Below are positions 1-13,669 of a stretch of DNA of 64,000 nt, one piece after another (position 1 is the first letter of the stretch; every line of letters starts with the position of its first letter). The notes under the pieces are model-generated. The model made no database searches. It was not told the origin of the DNA and worked only from the letters and a program-made list of their open reading frames with translations. Made by a program: the position numbers and the translations under genes. This stretch comes from Octopus sinensis (taxonomy: Eukaryota), in the NCBI RefSeq assembly GCF_006345805.1, contig NC_043004.1, positions 20,212,001 to 20,276,000 of the forward strand. The letters are read 5' to 3'.

Positions 1-84
1 AGTTGATCGGAAAATGGAATTTGCATTGGCATAACTGAAGGAAATACAATTATTTTATGCATATTTAGATATTTAGATACGAAC

Positions 85-154
85 TGATATATATATATGT
101 ATATAATGAATTAGAAAAGATGCTAATATATAGGTTAATAGGTAAGTGTATAAA

Positions 155-200
<46 letters not shown>

Positions 201-263
201 ATATATTATATATATATATATACACACATACATATATACATATATATATACACCCATACATAC

Positions 264-308
<45 letters not shown>

Positions 309-335
309 CCACATGTATATATATACATATACATA
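85..335. repeat. Compound (TA)n/(CA)n/(TG)n microsatellite
   Basis: Directly visible dinucleotide runs; source of the spurious YIYI/VCVC ORFs. Many similar blocks occur across the window and are not all listed. Confidence 0.97.
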
Positions 336-639
336 TAATCAAAATAAGCAACAAGAATAACTCCGGTAATTTGGTACGATCGTTTCGCACTACATCATTT
401 TATTAAATGTTGTAAGTATTACAACAGTTTTAAAATGCTGAGCACTCATCAGCCATTGATAGAGGTTTTCCATTAATACATAATTTTCATATCAAGTGGT
501 AACATTATAGAGAAGGTAGATATATAGACAAAGATGTGGATCTAAATTTTAAGAACATTTGAGGTAGTGGAGCCCATCAACTGACTGACTAAAATTCAGT
601 TGCTCCGAACTACTGCAATGAAATAGGGGCCAATATTTC

Positions 640-1423
640 ACATTTATGTAGAATATTGCGCCCAACATAGGAATTATTTGATAAAGAAAGCAAGGAATCA
701 ACTATAAGAGACACAAATGTAGGAATAAATTATTAGATAAATTTTGTGATTATATATACACATTCTCATACAAATAATTGCCACATCCTAGGCTTAAACC
801 CAGTACCAATTGCAAGAATGCGAAATCATGTATGAACTCATGGACACTAGTGACATTATAATTAAAGAAGCAGATTAGTTAGTGCTATGATTATTATGGA
901 TGTTGAACACTGCAAAAGGGATATATTATCTCTCCTACAAGATACGACCTATCACGAAAAAGTAAACTATCACCAGCAATCAAAGACAGACAAAATTGAA
1001 CACACTCATTCACCGATGCCAAATATGTTTAACAAAGAACTGCTTAACTCATTCTGAATGCAAAACTAGCCACTTCTACGATCGCCCCCAATTCCAAAAG
1101 GAACAAGCTGTATTGCAGCATTCCGCCGATCTTAAATTAAGGACAACTGTAGCAGGTCCGAACTATGGAACACAGATTCAGCAATTTTGTAGATATACTA
1201 CTGAAACCTAATTTAAAATACATGCCAACTCTTGTAAGGGAGGACCTGGATCTCTTAAACCACTTCCCTAAAATCATCGATAGAGATAACATTATTGAAT
1301 AATTTCATGTAACAAAAAAACTTCTATACAACGATTCCTACGTCAATACGGACTAGAAGCAATAGGTTTCTGGTTCAAAAAATTCTCTCATGAAATACTG
1401 GACAGAACTGAAAAAAGCTTCAT
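640..1423 (+). mobile_element. Penelope-like retroelement, decayed RT N-terminal fragment
   Basis: Frameshifted translation gives RNKLLDKFCDYI, ELMDTSDIIIKEAD, FYDRPQFQK (cf. FYGLPKIHK), LRTTVAGPN, FSNFVDILLKPNLKYMPTLVREDLDLL, LYTTIP and GLEAIGFWF, all typical of PLE RT. Confidence 0.85.
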
Positions 1424-1897
1424 GACCACGCCAGAAAATGAGAAAGCAGACATACTCTGAGATATGCCTATACACACAGAAAGGGAAGTCAAGACTAATA
1501 AACCGAATATAGTTGTCAGAGATGAACACGAAAAAAGTACCTTCTAATCGATGTATGAATAGCAACAAATGACAACGTTTCTCTAAAAGAAAGGGAGAAA
1601 CATCCAAAATACAAAGATCTGGAAATAGAGGTAATTCGAATGAGGAATATAAAAACCGAAACAATTCCTATAATAGTAGGCCCATTAGGTATGACAAAAA
1701 ATCATACAGACAAATACATAACTACAACACCAGGATTTACAAGTATACATAACATACAGAAAATATCAGTACTAGGCACCGCACACATTCTACATGAAGG
1801 ACTATACAGTGAAATAACAGCTCCACAACAAACGACAACACATACCCAATGCACACTCGGTAGAGCAGTGAAAGCACGTAATACCAATAAGACCACT
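1424..1897 (+). mobile_element. R4/Dong-like non-LTR retrotransposon, 3' fragment (restriction-like endonuclease plus 3' UTR)
   Basis: ENEKADIL.DMPIHTEREVKTNKPNIVVRD, KYKDLEIEV, IPIIVGPLG and QKISVLGTAHIL match the RLE C-terminus; ends in an (AAT)n tail. Confidence 0.88.
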
Positions 1898-1952
1898 GAA
1901 TAATAATAACAATAACAACAACAACAACAACAATAATAATAATAATAATAAT

Positions 1953-2018
<66 letters not shown>

Positions 2019-2034
2019 TAATAATAATAATAAT
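1898..2034. repeat. (AAT)n/(AAC)n microsatellite
   Basis: Directly visible; further (AAT)n tracts at 2589-2704 and 3259-3330. Confidence 0.97.
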
Positions 2035-2588
2035 TCCCTGAAGCAATACCAGACAGTAGCTCTCATGGATCCTGATCTTAACTGATTGGAAGTGTTATCA
2101 TGTACATTGCTTTGTCTTGGTATAAAAGATGGGCTGCAGCAAATATTCTGCTCAATACCACAGATTTGCTTTTCAGTTGTTTGACCTTAGCCAGTTGACC
2201 ATATCCCTTAGTGGCTGGCGATATGTGCATCTCTGATCACGAGTAGAAGTAGTGGGGGAGCATCATTGCCGTGTGTTGAAAGGAATTCTTAGAGGTTTGG
2301 ATAATTTACCTTTGGAAATATGGTTGGTTCGTTCACCATCCTTAAACAATTCTTATTCAGGGACCTTTTGAGCGGGATGGGCTACTCGACCAGAAAAAAA
2401 TTCTAACTGGGCCCCACCTGCAAGGTCATGCGCTGTTTATCTCGATATGAGATCACAATGTCGCGTGCATATGGTTGTGATGCATGTGCCTGGTGTACCC
2501 TTATCAGACGGGTAGTCATGATGGGTATATTGGGCTTCGTATGTTTTACTCCAGTGTCAGTTTGATGGCATGAACTGCTCTCTCACTC
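2035..2588 (+). mobile_element. 554-bp non-coding (AAT)n-flanked interspersed element, copy 1
   Basis: TCCCTGAAGCAATACC...CTGCTCTCTCACTC followed by (AAT)n; repeated at offset 670, with diverged relatives at 27705-27757 and 27857-28068. Confidence 0.8.
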
Positions 2589-2637
<49 letters not shown>

Positions 2638-2704
2638 TAATAATAATAATAATAATATAATAATAATATAATAATAATATAATAATAATAATAATAATAA
2701 TAAT

Positions 2705-3258
2705 TCCCTGAAGCAATACCAGACAGTAGCTCTCATGGATCCTGATCTTAACTGATTGGAAGTGTTATCATGTACATTGCTTTGTCTTGGTATAAAAGAT
2801 GGGCTGCAGCAAATATTCTGCTCAATACCACAGATTTGCTTTTCAGTTGTTTGACCTTAGCCAGTTGACCATATCCCTTAGTGGCTGGCGATATGTGCAT
2901 CTCTGATCACGAGTAGAAGTAGTGGGGGAGCATCATTGCCGTGTGTTGAAAGGAATTCTTAGAGGTTTGGATAATTTACCTTTGGAAATATGGTTGGTTC
3001 GTTCACCATCCTTAAACAATTCTTATTCAGGGACCTTTTGAGCGGGATGGGCTACTCGACCAGAAAAAAATTCTAACTGGGCCCCACCTGCAAGGTCATG
3101 CGCTGTTTATCTCGATATGAGATCACAATGTCGCGTGCATATGGTTGTGATGCATGTGCCTGGTGTACCCTTATCAGACGGGTAGTCATGATGGGTATAT
3201 TGGGCTTCGTATGTTTTACTCCAGTGTCAGTTTGATGGCATGAACTGCTCTCTCACTC
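2705..3258 (+). mobile_element. 554-bp (AAT)n-flanked element, copy 2 (tandem)
   Basis: No differences from 2035-2588 found on by-eye comparison. Confidence 0.8.
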
Positions 3259-3331
<73 letters not shown>

Positions 3332-3344
3332 TTTCAGCATGAAT

Positions 3345-3720
3345 AAATCGAATTGCCTCCGACATTACCAGCGTCGCCGTAAAAGTCTAGTGTACAAATG
3401 CTCTGTCCACACACCGAATAAATCATATTGCTATATTCGTGTCACAGCTACTGAATTTTGATTGATATCGAAAAACTACTTGAATTTAAATACAAGAAGA
3501 AATTACATAGTACACTTCTGGATAAGCTAATTATATGACTTGAGAAATAATAGCATTAAATGTTCGATTTCATGGTCTATCATTCGAACTGCTTTTTGTT
3601 ATGAGTGTGGTAGAGTAGTTGTGGTTTGTGTTCTAGCTAAGGTATTGAAATTCTCTTATACTTAGTGAGTCTGATTATCACAAACAATGAATTGCTAATA
3701 ATCAAGTGTATTCATATTAG
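3345..3720 (+). mobile_element. Penelope-like element GIY-YIG endonuclease remnant
   Basis: SLVYKCSVHTPNKSYCYIRVT (GIY-YIG-like), then ISWSIIRTAFCYECG and a decayed CxLC motif; contains stops and frameshifts. Confidence 0.7.
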
Positions 3721-4032
3721 TTATAAACCTTTAAAATTAACCTCAGCCAGACAAGCAGTCTCTGTTTTTGCTTTTTTTTTGTTTTACTTTTTGTTTTACT
3801 TTTTTGTGTAAATATTTGCGCATGCGTGTATATGAAAATGCACGTTTGTATAAATGCGTGTATGCCTCTCTCTCTCTGTCTCTCTGTCTATATGTGTGTG
3901 TGTGTGTGTGTGGAGAGAGTACATATATTTATATATGTGGATGTGTGCGTGTTATATATATATATATATAAATATATATATGTGTGTGTATATATATATA
4001 AATACGCTTGTTTGCATATGCATGTATGTGTT

Positions 4033-4066
<34 letters not shown>

Positions 4067-4229
4067 TGTGTCTATGTGTGCGCGCATATATTTAAGGCCG
4101 TTTGGCAATTTTTAAAATAGCAGGAATTGGATGTAAACAAATGACCGTGACGGAAAAGTATATAAAGTGGGTTGAATAAAAACGAAAAGCATAACAAAAA
4201 ACAAAAAACAAAAAAGAATATCTTACGTC

Positions 4230-5555
4230 ATTTAGGATATTTAATTAGGGTAAGGGGAATTTTTAGTCTTACAGTTGTTTCTGGGATATCCCAAGTGATA
4301 GGCTAGCATGTCCGCACACTGGGTATACAGAGAAATTAAGAGTTAATAAGGAATAGAACAGTAGATGGTAGAATAAAGTGTAAAACAGTAGAATAAAGTT
4401 CATCGTTCATCTTTTTTCCAGTTAGTATGGAGATTGGTCCTTACTTACGTGAAGATGCAGTCCCTAAGGTATAATCTTGGATAAATCCAGGCAGTATTCT
4501 GGCAGTATTTTGAATGATGCGTTCATGTTGAAGGAAAAGATTAAGTGGTAAACTAGTATGAAAATGGCCCACGTAGGTATATAGTGTGAAAAAGACAGAT
4601 ATCATGATAAACAGATATGGGTTGTGAGTGAATGGATAGAAGTGAGAGAAGAAACAGAGAAAAGAAAAGGAATGGGATAGGTGAGGGAAAGAATCAATGA
4701 GAGCGAAAGTAAAATAAAAATTATTAAAAAACCAAAATCAGAAACCAAAAATAAAGATTAAGATAAGATGCTAGTATTATTCTTCGTAAAGTTTGGTTCG
4801 AGGTGCGAGGTCAGACATAAAGTGGAGAAGAAGGTATTTATGTCTATTAATTATATACATTAATTCTAGGTTCGATGATGTCAGAAAGAAAAGAAAATTT
4901 AGTTCAGTGGTTAGTAAATTTAGTTCAGTGGTCAGTAGGGATAGCTAAAAATAGATGCCTAGCTTAAGAAAACAAAAAGAATGTGTGTATATTGTAACGA
5001 CAGCGGATGCATATGAGCAAGTTCTATGTGCGTTGATTTTGCTTTCATTTGGACCTATAGAAGAATCTAAAGATGTGATAGAATTTTTCTTTATATCTAG
5101 AGAATGCTTCGTGTTGTTACTTGATTAATTGTAAGGAACTGTGAATTAATATTTAGAGAGCTTCTTTCAGGCAGAGTCTACACGTTGAACGCTGGCCTTG
5201 GTATGGGACTCCTATTATGGCCCAGGTTATCCGATATTGTATTTTCTTATGTATCAGATGATGTACGTGGTTGGCTAGGGACGTGAATTTTCTATGTAAA
5301 TGAGTTTAGATGTGAAGAATATCTCTGTTTAAAATCAATAGTAGATCCGATGTAATAGCTAGTAGAATTGTGTAATGTGTTGTGGACAATGCATTTATAT
5401 CCCACGTTAAACTTTCTGCTATGGGCTTGTGGAGGGCATTCGGTCCCAGACTGCTAGTTGCAGCTATCATTCTTACGTGGGATAGTTGTGGAAAGGGATG
5501 ATGCTGTCCTATTTATGGAGTAGTTAAAATTTAGGGTGGTATTAGGGGATTGGCT
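4230..5555 (-). mobile_element. Penelope-like element 3' portion: GIY-YIG domain (about 5460-5060), 3' UTR and degenerate hammerhead remnant (about 4300-4267)
   Basis: Minus strand VGYKCIVHNTLHNSTSYYIGSTIDFKQRYSSHLNSF ... ITWAII ... CRLCLKEAL. Downstream GGGATATCCCAGAAACAACTGTAAGAC resembles the 3' half of the motif at 18764-18807. Confidence 0.82.
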
Positions 5556-6125
5556 CGTATTATTATTATTATTATTGTTGTTATTGCTGTTGTTGTTGTT
5601 GTTGGTGGTGGTGGTTGTGGTGTTATTAGTATATATCAATATAGTTACTTTTCTAAAAGTATAAAAAAAAACGGAGTATATTTTTGCCGACAGAGTGTCT
5701 CTACTCACTTTGTGAATTGCTGTTAACCTACACGGCTTAGCGCACTGCCACTTGATTCATTTCATATTATTAAGAGCACAAACATTCAGCAAGGTAACAC
5801 AATTTTGGTGGTGAAGGAGTAGATTACCTGAAGACATTATATATATATGAAGTTAAATAACTAAAAGATAACTGTAAATTGATCGTATTTTGCAAAATAA
5901 TTTCAGTATTTACAAAAAAAAAAAATTCTAAGAAGTTTTTTTTATTCAGTCCGAAACATCATATTAAATTTTAACTCTATAGCGATAATAGAGTATATTT
6001 TTCTCAACAACTGCATGTATAGAGACCAGTGAAGTGTAGGTTCCCATTATAATAGCGTGGAAAATATCAAGATGTTTAGTAATAGCAGACGTTATCCTCG
6101 CGTAAGAATAAAGTAAGAACTAGTG

Positions 6126-6248
6126 AAGGCGCATGGCTTAGTGGTTACGGTGCAGCATACCTGATAGTAAGATTGTTGTTGTGATTCCGGGACCGGGCGA
6201 TGTTCTGTGTCCTTAAGCAAATCCTTTCACGATGTTCCACTGCACTCA
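6126..6248 (+). mobile_element. tRNA-derived SINE, degenerate 5' part
   Basis: GGCGCATGGCTTAGTGG (A-box-like) and GTGATTCC (B-box-like), then a body similar to the head of 31115-31361. Confidence 0.65.
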
Positions 6249-6689
6249 TATCATAATTTTGAAGCTAAAAAGATTTCCCAAGTTCTTTCTCAGAGTTTTA
6301 CGTAACGGGTCATTAGACAATCGGGAGTATTTAGAATAATGCTGTAGTTTATAACAAATTACAAATGTTTACAAGGAGCGTAGTAATTAATTTTTAGTAA
6401 CTGATCGAATAAACAATTAAAGCTGGTCCGACCAGAGCATTTTTACTACTTACAATAATGGGTATCTGTTGGATGAAAATAGAATTGACCATAACGGAGG
6501 AAACACAAGTATTGGAAGGTCATCGAAACTTAATAACTGGATAATGTAGTCTATAGTTATGGAAGGACGCCTAGAAATTACAACAAATACGAAGAGACAT
6601 TTTTAAAATACTGAGTGAAAGACACTATATAAATTCTGATTGAAATCAATACAAAGGTAAATGAATATCATAAAGTAGCACAAAATGCG

Positions 6690-6900
6690 TGTTAAATAAA
6701 TACTGGAGGGAAAAGGAAGGAGGAACGAGTGAAAATCTTTGGAAGCAGCAGGAAAAGTAACCAGATATAGCAATTGATGCTGATAGCTAAGGCTGAAAGA
6801 ATTGTATCTAGAATGAACAATTGCAGTTATGAGCACAGGAGAGACGTGGAGGTTAGAATGACTGTACAATGAATAAATCAAATAGATATTGAGTTTGAAG
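6690..6900 (-). mobile_element. Possible CR1/L2-group LINE 3' ORF2 remnant
   Basis: Minus translation SRYNSF...FPAASKDFHSF resembles the post-RT C-terminus of CR1/L2-group LINEs; very degraded. Confidence 0.35.
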
Positions 6901-7211
6901 TTCAAGTGGTACAAATGTCAAACTAGGAACACATCAAAAAGTCAATTAAAATATAACAGACAGAATTCAAATCAATTTCAAAATTCATCACATTGTCAGA
7001 AACATTTATCTATCATTACCAGGTTTGAAGAATTATACGTAAAAGTGCAAAATCGTAGTGGTTCTCCAGCTTGACCGCAGTCACATGGCTGGAATCGAAT
7101 GCAAGAATGTGTGGGTGCGCTTTTGTGTATGTATTTGCATGTATATGTGTATATATATATATGTATATATGTATGCGTTTATTTATATGCATATGTACAT
7201 TTATATGATAC

Positions 7212-7452
7212 CTTGCTTGGTAGGGTATTATTTCACGTTGCAGCAGTCCACTCAGCTGTCAAAACTTGGTCGTACCTGTATTTCAAAGATCCTGTCTCGT
7301 CACATACTGTGTCACGCTGAATCTCCCTGAGAATTTCGTTAAGCGTCCACGTGCGTATAGAATATTCAGCCACTTGCACGTTAATTTTACGAGCTGGCTG
7401 TTCCGTTGATCTCATCAGCTGGAACCCTCGTTGTCGTAAGCAACGGAGTGCC
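7212..7452 (+). mobile_element. tRNA-SINE body (head 2 core plus tail B), 5'-truncated
   Basis: ATTTCACGTTGCAGCAGTCCACTCAGCTG followed by a tail homologous to the reverse complement of 16829-17030. Confidence 0.8.
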
Positions 7453-7512
7453 AGTCATATATATATATATTATATATATATACGTACATACAAATATTTA
7501 TACACCAGTACA

Positions 7513-7549
<37 letters not shown>

Positions 7550-7701
7550 ATATACATACATACAAATATTTATATATCTGTACAATATATATATATATAT
7601 ATATATAAATAATAAATATTAGGGAATAAATCCAAATTTACAGGGAAAAAATCAGATTTAGTGGTTTTGTCTCTAATAATATTTTATATATATATATATA
7701 T

Positions 7702-7852
<151 letters not shown>

Positions 7853-9838
7853 GTGTGTATTTATAAGTATATAATCACACACATGCATATATTCATTAAT
7901 GTATGCAATACATATATTTGATTCGCATGTTTTTGGAGAGATATGATAGATTTTTGTTTGCATGTTTGTACATAAGTGGTTTGTTAATTTTGGATGACGT
8001 ATTTATGTTATCTATGGATTCAGGAATCGACGAAGAACACTGCATTACAAATTTGTGGGTGAAAATCTGATCACCAAATGGAATGCTTTGTGTTATTCGG
8101 AAATAGAAAATCATATCTTTACATAAGATGTAAACAGTGAACTTTATGAAAAGTTTTCGATGTATTTTTTCCGTGTTTACAACATTTTCAATGAAAGCAA
8201 GTAGTGTTGTAAAATGAGAAAAGCGTATTTGGGCATATTTTCATCATGTTGGCAAGAATGAGAAATCTGGTATCCCGTCCAGTGGGAGGGGAACATCTAC
8301 ACCACATTATCCGGGAAACCGGCTTTATGAGCCTATGGCTCGCATAGTAAATTTAATTTTTTTCCTTCATTAAACACTCACACATTTCATGTGGTCAACA
8401 ATGTTTTGAGAAGTGGAACATGATGAATAATGCTTAAATCAAAGTATCAATGGGAATGACAAAAAAATGAAAATAAAGAGATGTTATGGAAAGGGTTTGA
8501 TACAGCCAAGTGTCATTTAATTTAAGTTTGGTCTGATTAATCTAATACTTTTATAAATGACAACTACGAAATCACCAGTTTTTCGCAATATTAAACATTG
8601 TTATTTATTAAACCATAAAGGCTCGATTTCAGGTGGGCAAAATTAATATCAATTCTAATTTGCAAGACTATAGGGAATGAGTATATCCAGTCAATACCAT
8701 AGCCGTGTATTAAGTTTATGATTGATTTAATATAGCTGCTGGATTTTGCTTCCCACGTTAATTCGTTAAAGCTTTGTATTAGACAACAACTGCGCTATCG
8801 ATCATTGTCATACAATGACGTTTTCTGCATCAGTCTCCTCATGTTAAATAATACAATGCAGAAACATTTTGTCGAAGAACAGACAGCTCTTGTATTGGAT
8901 AACAGTCAACGAGTCATTCAATTGTGACTTGAAACCATTGCAGATGGACTTTATCTCTACTGAATTCGTTAAAGAATTGTTCAATCGATTATCTTTCATC
9001 GACGTAATTCCAATCAAAAGTACGTAATTAGTTACCATTATTCATAAATTTCAACGCTGGAATATACCGTTCCCATGTTGTCTTATCTAAAACATTCCAT
9101 TCAAATGAGAAATTCACAAGTGTTAGAATTATATTAGCGAGAACAAAAGCACATGTTTTTAGTATTTTTGTATTTTCAATGTACCACAAATTGTTTTGTA
9201 AATTTTTGAAATGTAAATGTAAGGCAGAGATAAACACATATAAGGTGAAATTCACATAAAATACCTCTAAACTCATCTCTTTGTATAACTTAATCCATGT
9301 TTCCAAACGTGTACATCTATGCATTTATACATGCATGCACAAACGCGTATTTAGGCTGTCTATTCAATTCATACAACCCAACTGTAGTCCATTCTTCAGC
9401 TGCTGTTTGGATTTATAATCCCTTTGCAACATGAAGCCCGCTATTTCTTTTATGTATATTCCTTTGTAATATGTATACGTATATGGATACATAAACGTCA
9501 GCACTAACGGAAACACTACTCAATAAAAAATATGCCGTAGAGCAGTTAATAGATAAGTGAAGAATCGATTTGAAATTTCTTAGAGTTAATATATCATCTA
9601 GATGGCCAACAAAAATTAGGTTCTACAAATCTTGCTAAGTTTGTTCCACCCATTGTACAAATCATTCACCATATTCTTTTCATGAATGAAAAGTGGATGC
9701 AAGGTGCCATTGTGCCATTGCAGGCCTGAAGAATGTTATATCAATTCTGGTATAGTCCATTATCCATGTATGTGTGTGTGTCTGTGTGTACGTACGTGGG
9801 CGCATGCGTGCATGTATATATATATATATATATACATA

Positions 9839-9952
<114 letters not shown>

Positions 9953-9953
9953 A

Positions 9954-10480
9954 CAGGGTATCCCAAAAGTCGCCGATGGGTTTCAGTTTTTAATAACTTC
10001 CTTAACCTTACAACTAAATACATGGAATTTCGATACGATATAAAGGATATATTGGGAATCAATATGCATTCGAAACAATCCGGGCTAGTCAAGTTTGGGG
10101 AACGTGAAGGCCAGTTGATATTGCTGTAGCGGGAGATTATACTCTCTCCAAAGCACTGCCGTAGTAACTGCATTGTTTCCCTTGTGGTATGAGTAGTTGC
10201 CCCATCTTGCTGGAACTATGTGTGAAGTCTACTTTGAATGGTCGGGGGGCAAAAAGTTTTCAGTCATGGAAACCTGAAATAGAGGGTTTACGCCAAGAAA
10301 CCAGAGACTCTGGTGTAACCGAAAAAGAACATCAATAGAGAAATCAAAGATGTGGTGTCTGAAGCTCTTGAGGGTGTTATGGTGCAAGTTTTTGGAAGAG
10401 CGCGGGCGTGCGAAGCCGAAAATGGCTGCTATTTAAGCGATGTCATATTTTCATATGTGATGTAGTGGTGTTGCAAAATT
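9954..10480 (+). mobile_element. Tc1/mariner (maT/rosa-like, WPxRSPDL type) deleted derivative with an internal inversion
   Basis: TA-CAGGGTATCCCAAAAGT TIR-like start. [10 protein letters not shown]...[12 protein letters not shown] lies on the minus strand (about 10268-10072), while LK.RVYAKKPETL...ENGCYLSDVIF lies on the plus strand (about 10270-10455). Confidence 0.8.
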
Positions 10481-10799
10481 TGACTTGTGCATATTAATTT
10501 TCATTATGTCCTTTCTGATATTATTTATTCACTATGACCCATGTTTCATTTATTAATAGGAATTACAAAATTTTGCATATAGGAGAGACATGTAAAACAT
10601 TTCCTGTTAGAGGTTTTAGAGAGGGAAACCAAGAACGCAAAATTTATATGGGAGCGTTTATATATAGGTAGTAATCAGGAGTGCAATAGATAGTTGAAGG
10701 GGACAATAAAAAATAAAACTTATTCCATAGAAAACAGGTCATTCAATCACTAATGCCCAGATTTTAGATAAGGAAGGCAAGTAATTAAGTCTTACATTT

Positions 10800-11645
10800 A
10801 ATGAAACTTAATTATAAATATAGTTTCCATGATTACCTATAAAATCTTTCCGTCACCTCATAAGCTTTTCAATCCCTTGTTGAAAAACTCTTTCGACATC
10901 GAAGAGAACTCTGAGAGGTCAGTTTTTACATCATCAGTTGTTTCGAGAGTTAATCCATCGAAATGATTCTGTAAACTACGCAAGAAATGGTAATCTGAAG
11001 GAACAAGGTCTGGGGAATAAGGCGAGTGAGCAATTTTCTCCCTGCCAAGTTTCTCTATATTCTGTAACGATATATTTGCAGTGTGGTGTCTTGCATTGTC
11101 CTGATGAAACACCACTCCATTTTGATTCACAAAAGCAGGCCATTTTTCTTCAAAGCAGCGTTCAAACGCTCTAATAGTTGACAATAAATTTGAACATTGG
11201 TTGTTGCATTAGTTGGTAGTAACTCAAAGTGGATGACTCCTCTGCAATCCCATCAATCAGAGAGAATAACCTTCTTTGCATAGAGTTCTCTTCCCGGTTG
11301 TGGTTGGGTTTTCCCCTTCACCAAGCCAATGTCTACGACGCTTAACAATTTAATGGCAGACCATTTTTCATCACCTGTCACCAGTCTCTTCAAAACGTGT
11401 GGGATGAATTCACAAGAACGAAGATAAGAGCAGCTGTCCACTCGATATTTGCTGATGGCTTCAGACGAATCATGAGGCACGCATTTCCCACGTTTTTGGG
11501 AACTTTCCACGTTGTTGAAGATGGCGGTGAGCAGTTGTATGGCTTGAACAAAACCTGCTTGCCAATTCTTTAACTGAAACTGCATGACCTTTTCAAGTTC
11601 TGCTAAAAGGATTTTCACATCAAACTCAATTGGACGTTCTGTTCG
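10800..11645 (-). mobile_element. Mariner (DD34D) transposase pseudogene
   Basis: RPIEFD, LVTGDEKW, FHQDNARHH and HSPYSPDLVPSDYHF motifs; frameshifted. Confidence 0.93.
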
Positions 11646-11649
11646 GGCC

Positions 11650-13669
11650 TCAGTACAACATGTGACAAAGGACTGGAAATAGTAAGTAATTAAAGAACTA
11701 AAACAAAGAACTAAGCAGTGTCGGGTTAAAAGAAAGATAGTGACTGAGAACAAATCATTTTCAGCAGAATAGACTCTTCATGAGCAACAAAAGAAAATTC
11801 TATAAACAACTGAACAATGAAGAAGAGCACCAGAAAAATTATATGCCAGATGCTGAAGCATCAAGAAAATTCTGGGCAAAAAACAGGACTGATACAGAAG
11901 AAAAAAAAGAGTGGGAAAGTCAGCAATTATAGACCTATTGTTGCTTACTATTTCTCTGGAAACTATCAACTGGTCTCATGTCAGATGAAGTATATAATTC
12001 TCTGGAAATTAAGAACATACGGCCAGAAAAGCAAAAAAGAATGTAAAATGAGGTACAAGTAATGAGAAAGAATTTACCAGTTCGATGGATAGTTTACAGG
12101 AAAGCATACGATAATATCATACACAGCTGGCTCTTACAGTGTCTGAGGACCCTCGGAATCAATGAGAAGATAGACAAATTTTTGGAGAAAGCAATGAAAG
12201 GGCTGGAAGTAGAACTGACATGTACAAATGAATCGCTAGATAACGTGAAAATATGCAGGGGCATTTTCCAATGAGACTTAATCTCTCATTTACTCTTCGT
12301 CATTGTGCTAATCCCTCTGACAAGTATACTGAGAAATCCATGCCTGCCTATGAGTTTACCAAAACGAAGTTGAGAATAAATCACTTACTTTATGTGGATG
12401 ATCTGAAGACGTATACGAAAATGAGAGAACCGAATTCCCTGATTCAAACTTTGTGACTATTCATTAAAGTCATTACAATGAAGTATGGAGTACTAATTAT
12501 GAGGAAAGACCGAAAGTTAATGTCTAAATCAAAAAATATTTTTGTTGCATTTGTAAAATCTCAGAAAATTTATGTCTAACGGCATAAAATTACTACTTGA
12601 CAACAACAGCATGAGAAAAATTGAGTGATACAAATACCTAGGAGTGCCGCAAAACGATAAGATAGTGGAAGGAGAAATGAGAGAGAGGAAGTCACTAAAG
12701 AGTACAAGAGCAAAATTAGGAAGGTGTTCGACGAAAGAATTAAATGGAGGGAATATCATTAGAGCCATTGGCTTTCTCAGTACTGAGATACTCTGCTCCG
12801 TTTCTGAAATGAATAAAGATTGAGCTGAAGAACTTGAGCAAGCAAAAAAGACTTGAAAGTTGTTAGCAATGTACAGTGCACTCTATCCTAATATTAGTAC
12901 CGACCAATTCTATCAGCCAAGAAGGAAAGGTTATGGCTAATTACTAAACCCAGAAGGCTCTGTCGATACTGTGATGCTGGGCCCGAGGAGTTTTGTTGTA
13001 CAGAGTAAAAGAACACTATTGGCAAACAGAAGTACTCAAAAAGTGACTGAAACAGAACAGTAGGAGAATTCAAAGAGAAAAGGAAGTACAACAGAACAAA
13101 CAAATAGAAAGAAGTGGAACTACAAGGTCAATTCAGGCTACTTACTGTGGGAATTTGTTGGCTTTGTTTGACGAGCGGGAACTTGAAACGACAAATAGAA
13201 ACGATAAGTTAACCGCTCTGGAAGAAACCCTTCGAACAAATCTTTTAAAGGCAAAGATTGACAAAACTAAGACAGCAAACGCGGAATCTGGAGGAAAGGA
13301 AACAAGATATATTTTGAGTGAGTGGAGTACATTAGCACAAAAGGAGTATAAGCGCTGACGTGACTGCGTTGGCAAAAGATTGGATTGGCATGTTAGCTGA
13401 ACGTGTATCTTCGAAACAAAGAAAAGTGATATAAACACAAACCAAGAGAAAAATTATTCCTAAGTAACTGATGCACTGGACAACACTCAACACTATTATC
13501 TACAAGAGTGAAAGCGATTGGAATTGAAATTTGCCTTGTCAACCTGCAGATAGTTCCACAACCCATATTCTGAAAGATTCCTAAAGGAGGTTCTTGTGAT
13601 TTAAGGAGACTTGTTGTCACCAAACTTCAAAATGAAATACATAATAAATAAAATACCATGAACTACTGA

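Noticed and set aside
8862-9019. Plus-strand open frame NILSKNRQLLYWITVNESF...VIPIK between CAG and GTACGT
   Set aside because: The acceptor lacks a pyrimidine tract, I recognise no homology and I found no partner exons; it is compatible with chance.
12403-12420. CTGAAGA...GAAA hammerhead-like spacing
   Set aside because: It lies in the DDLKTY coding motif of the LINE RT, and no stem I or stem III can be formed.
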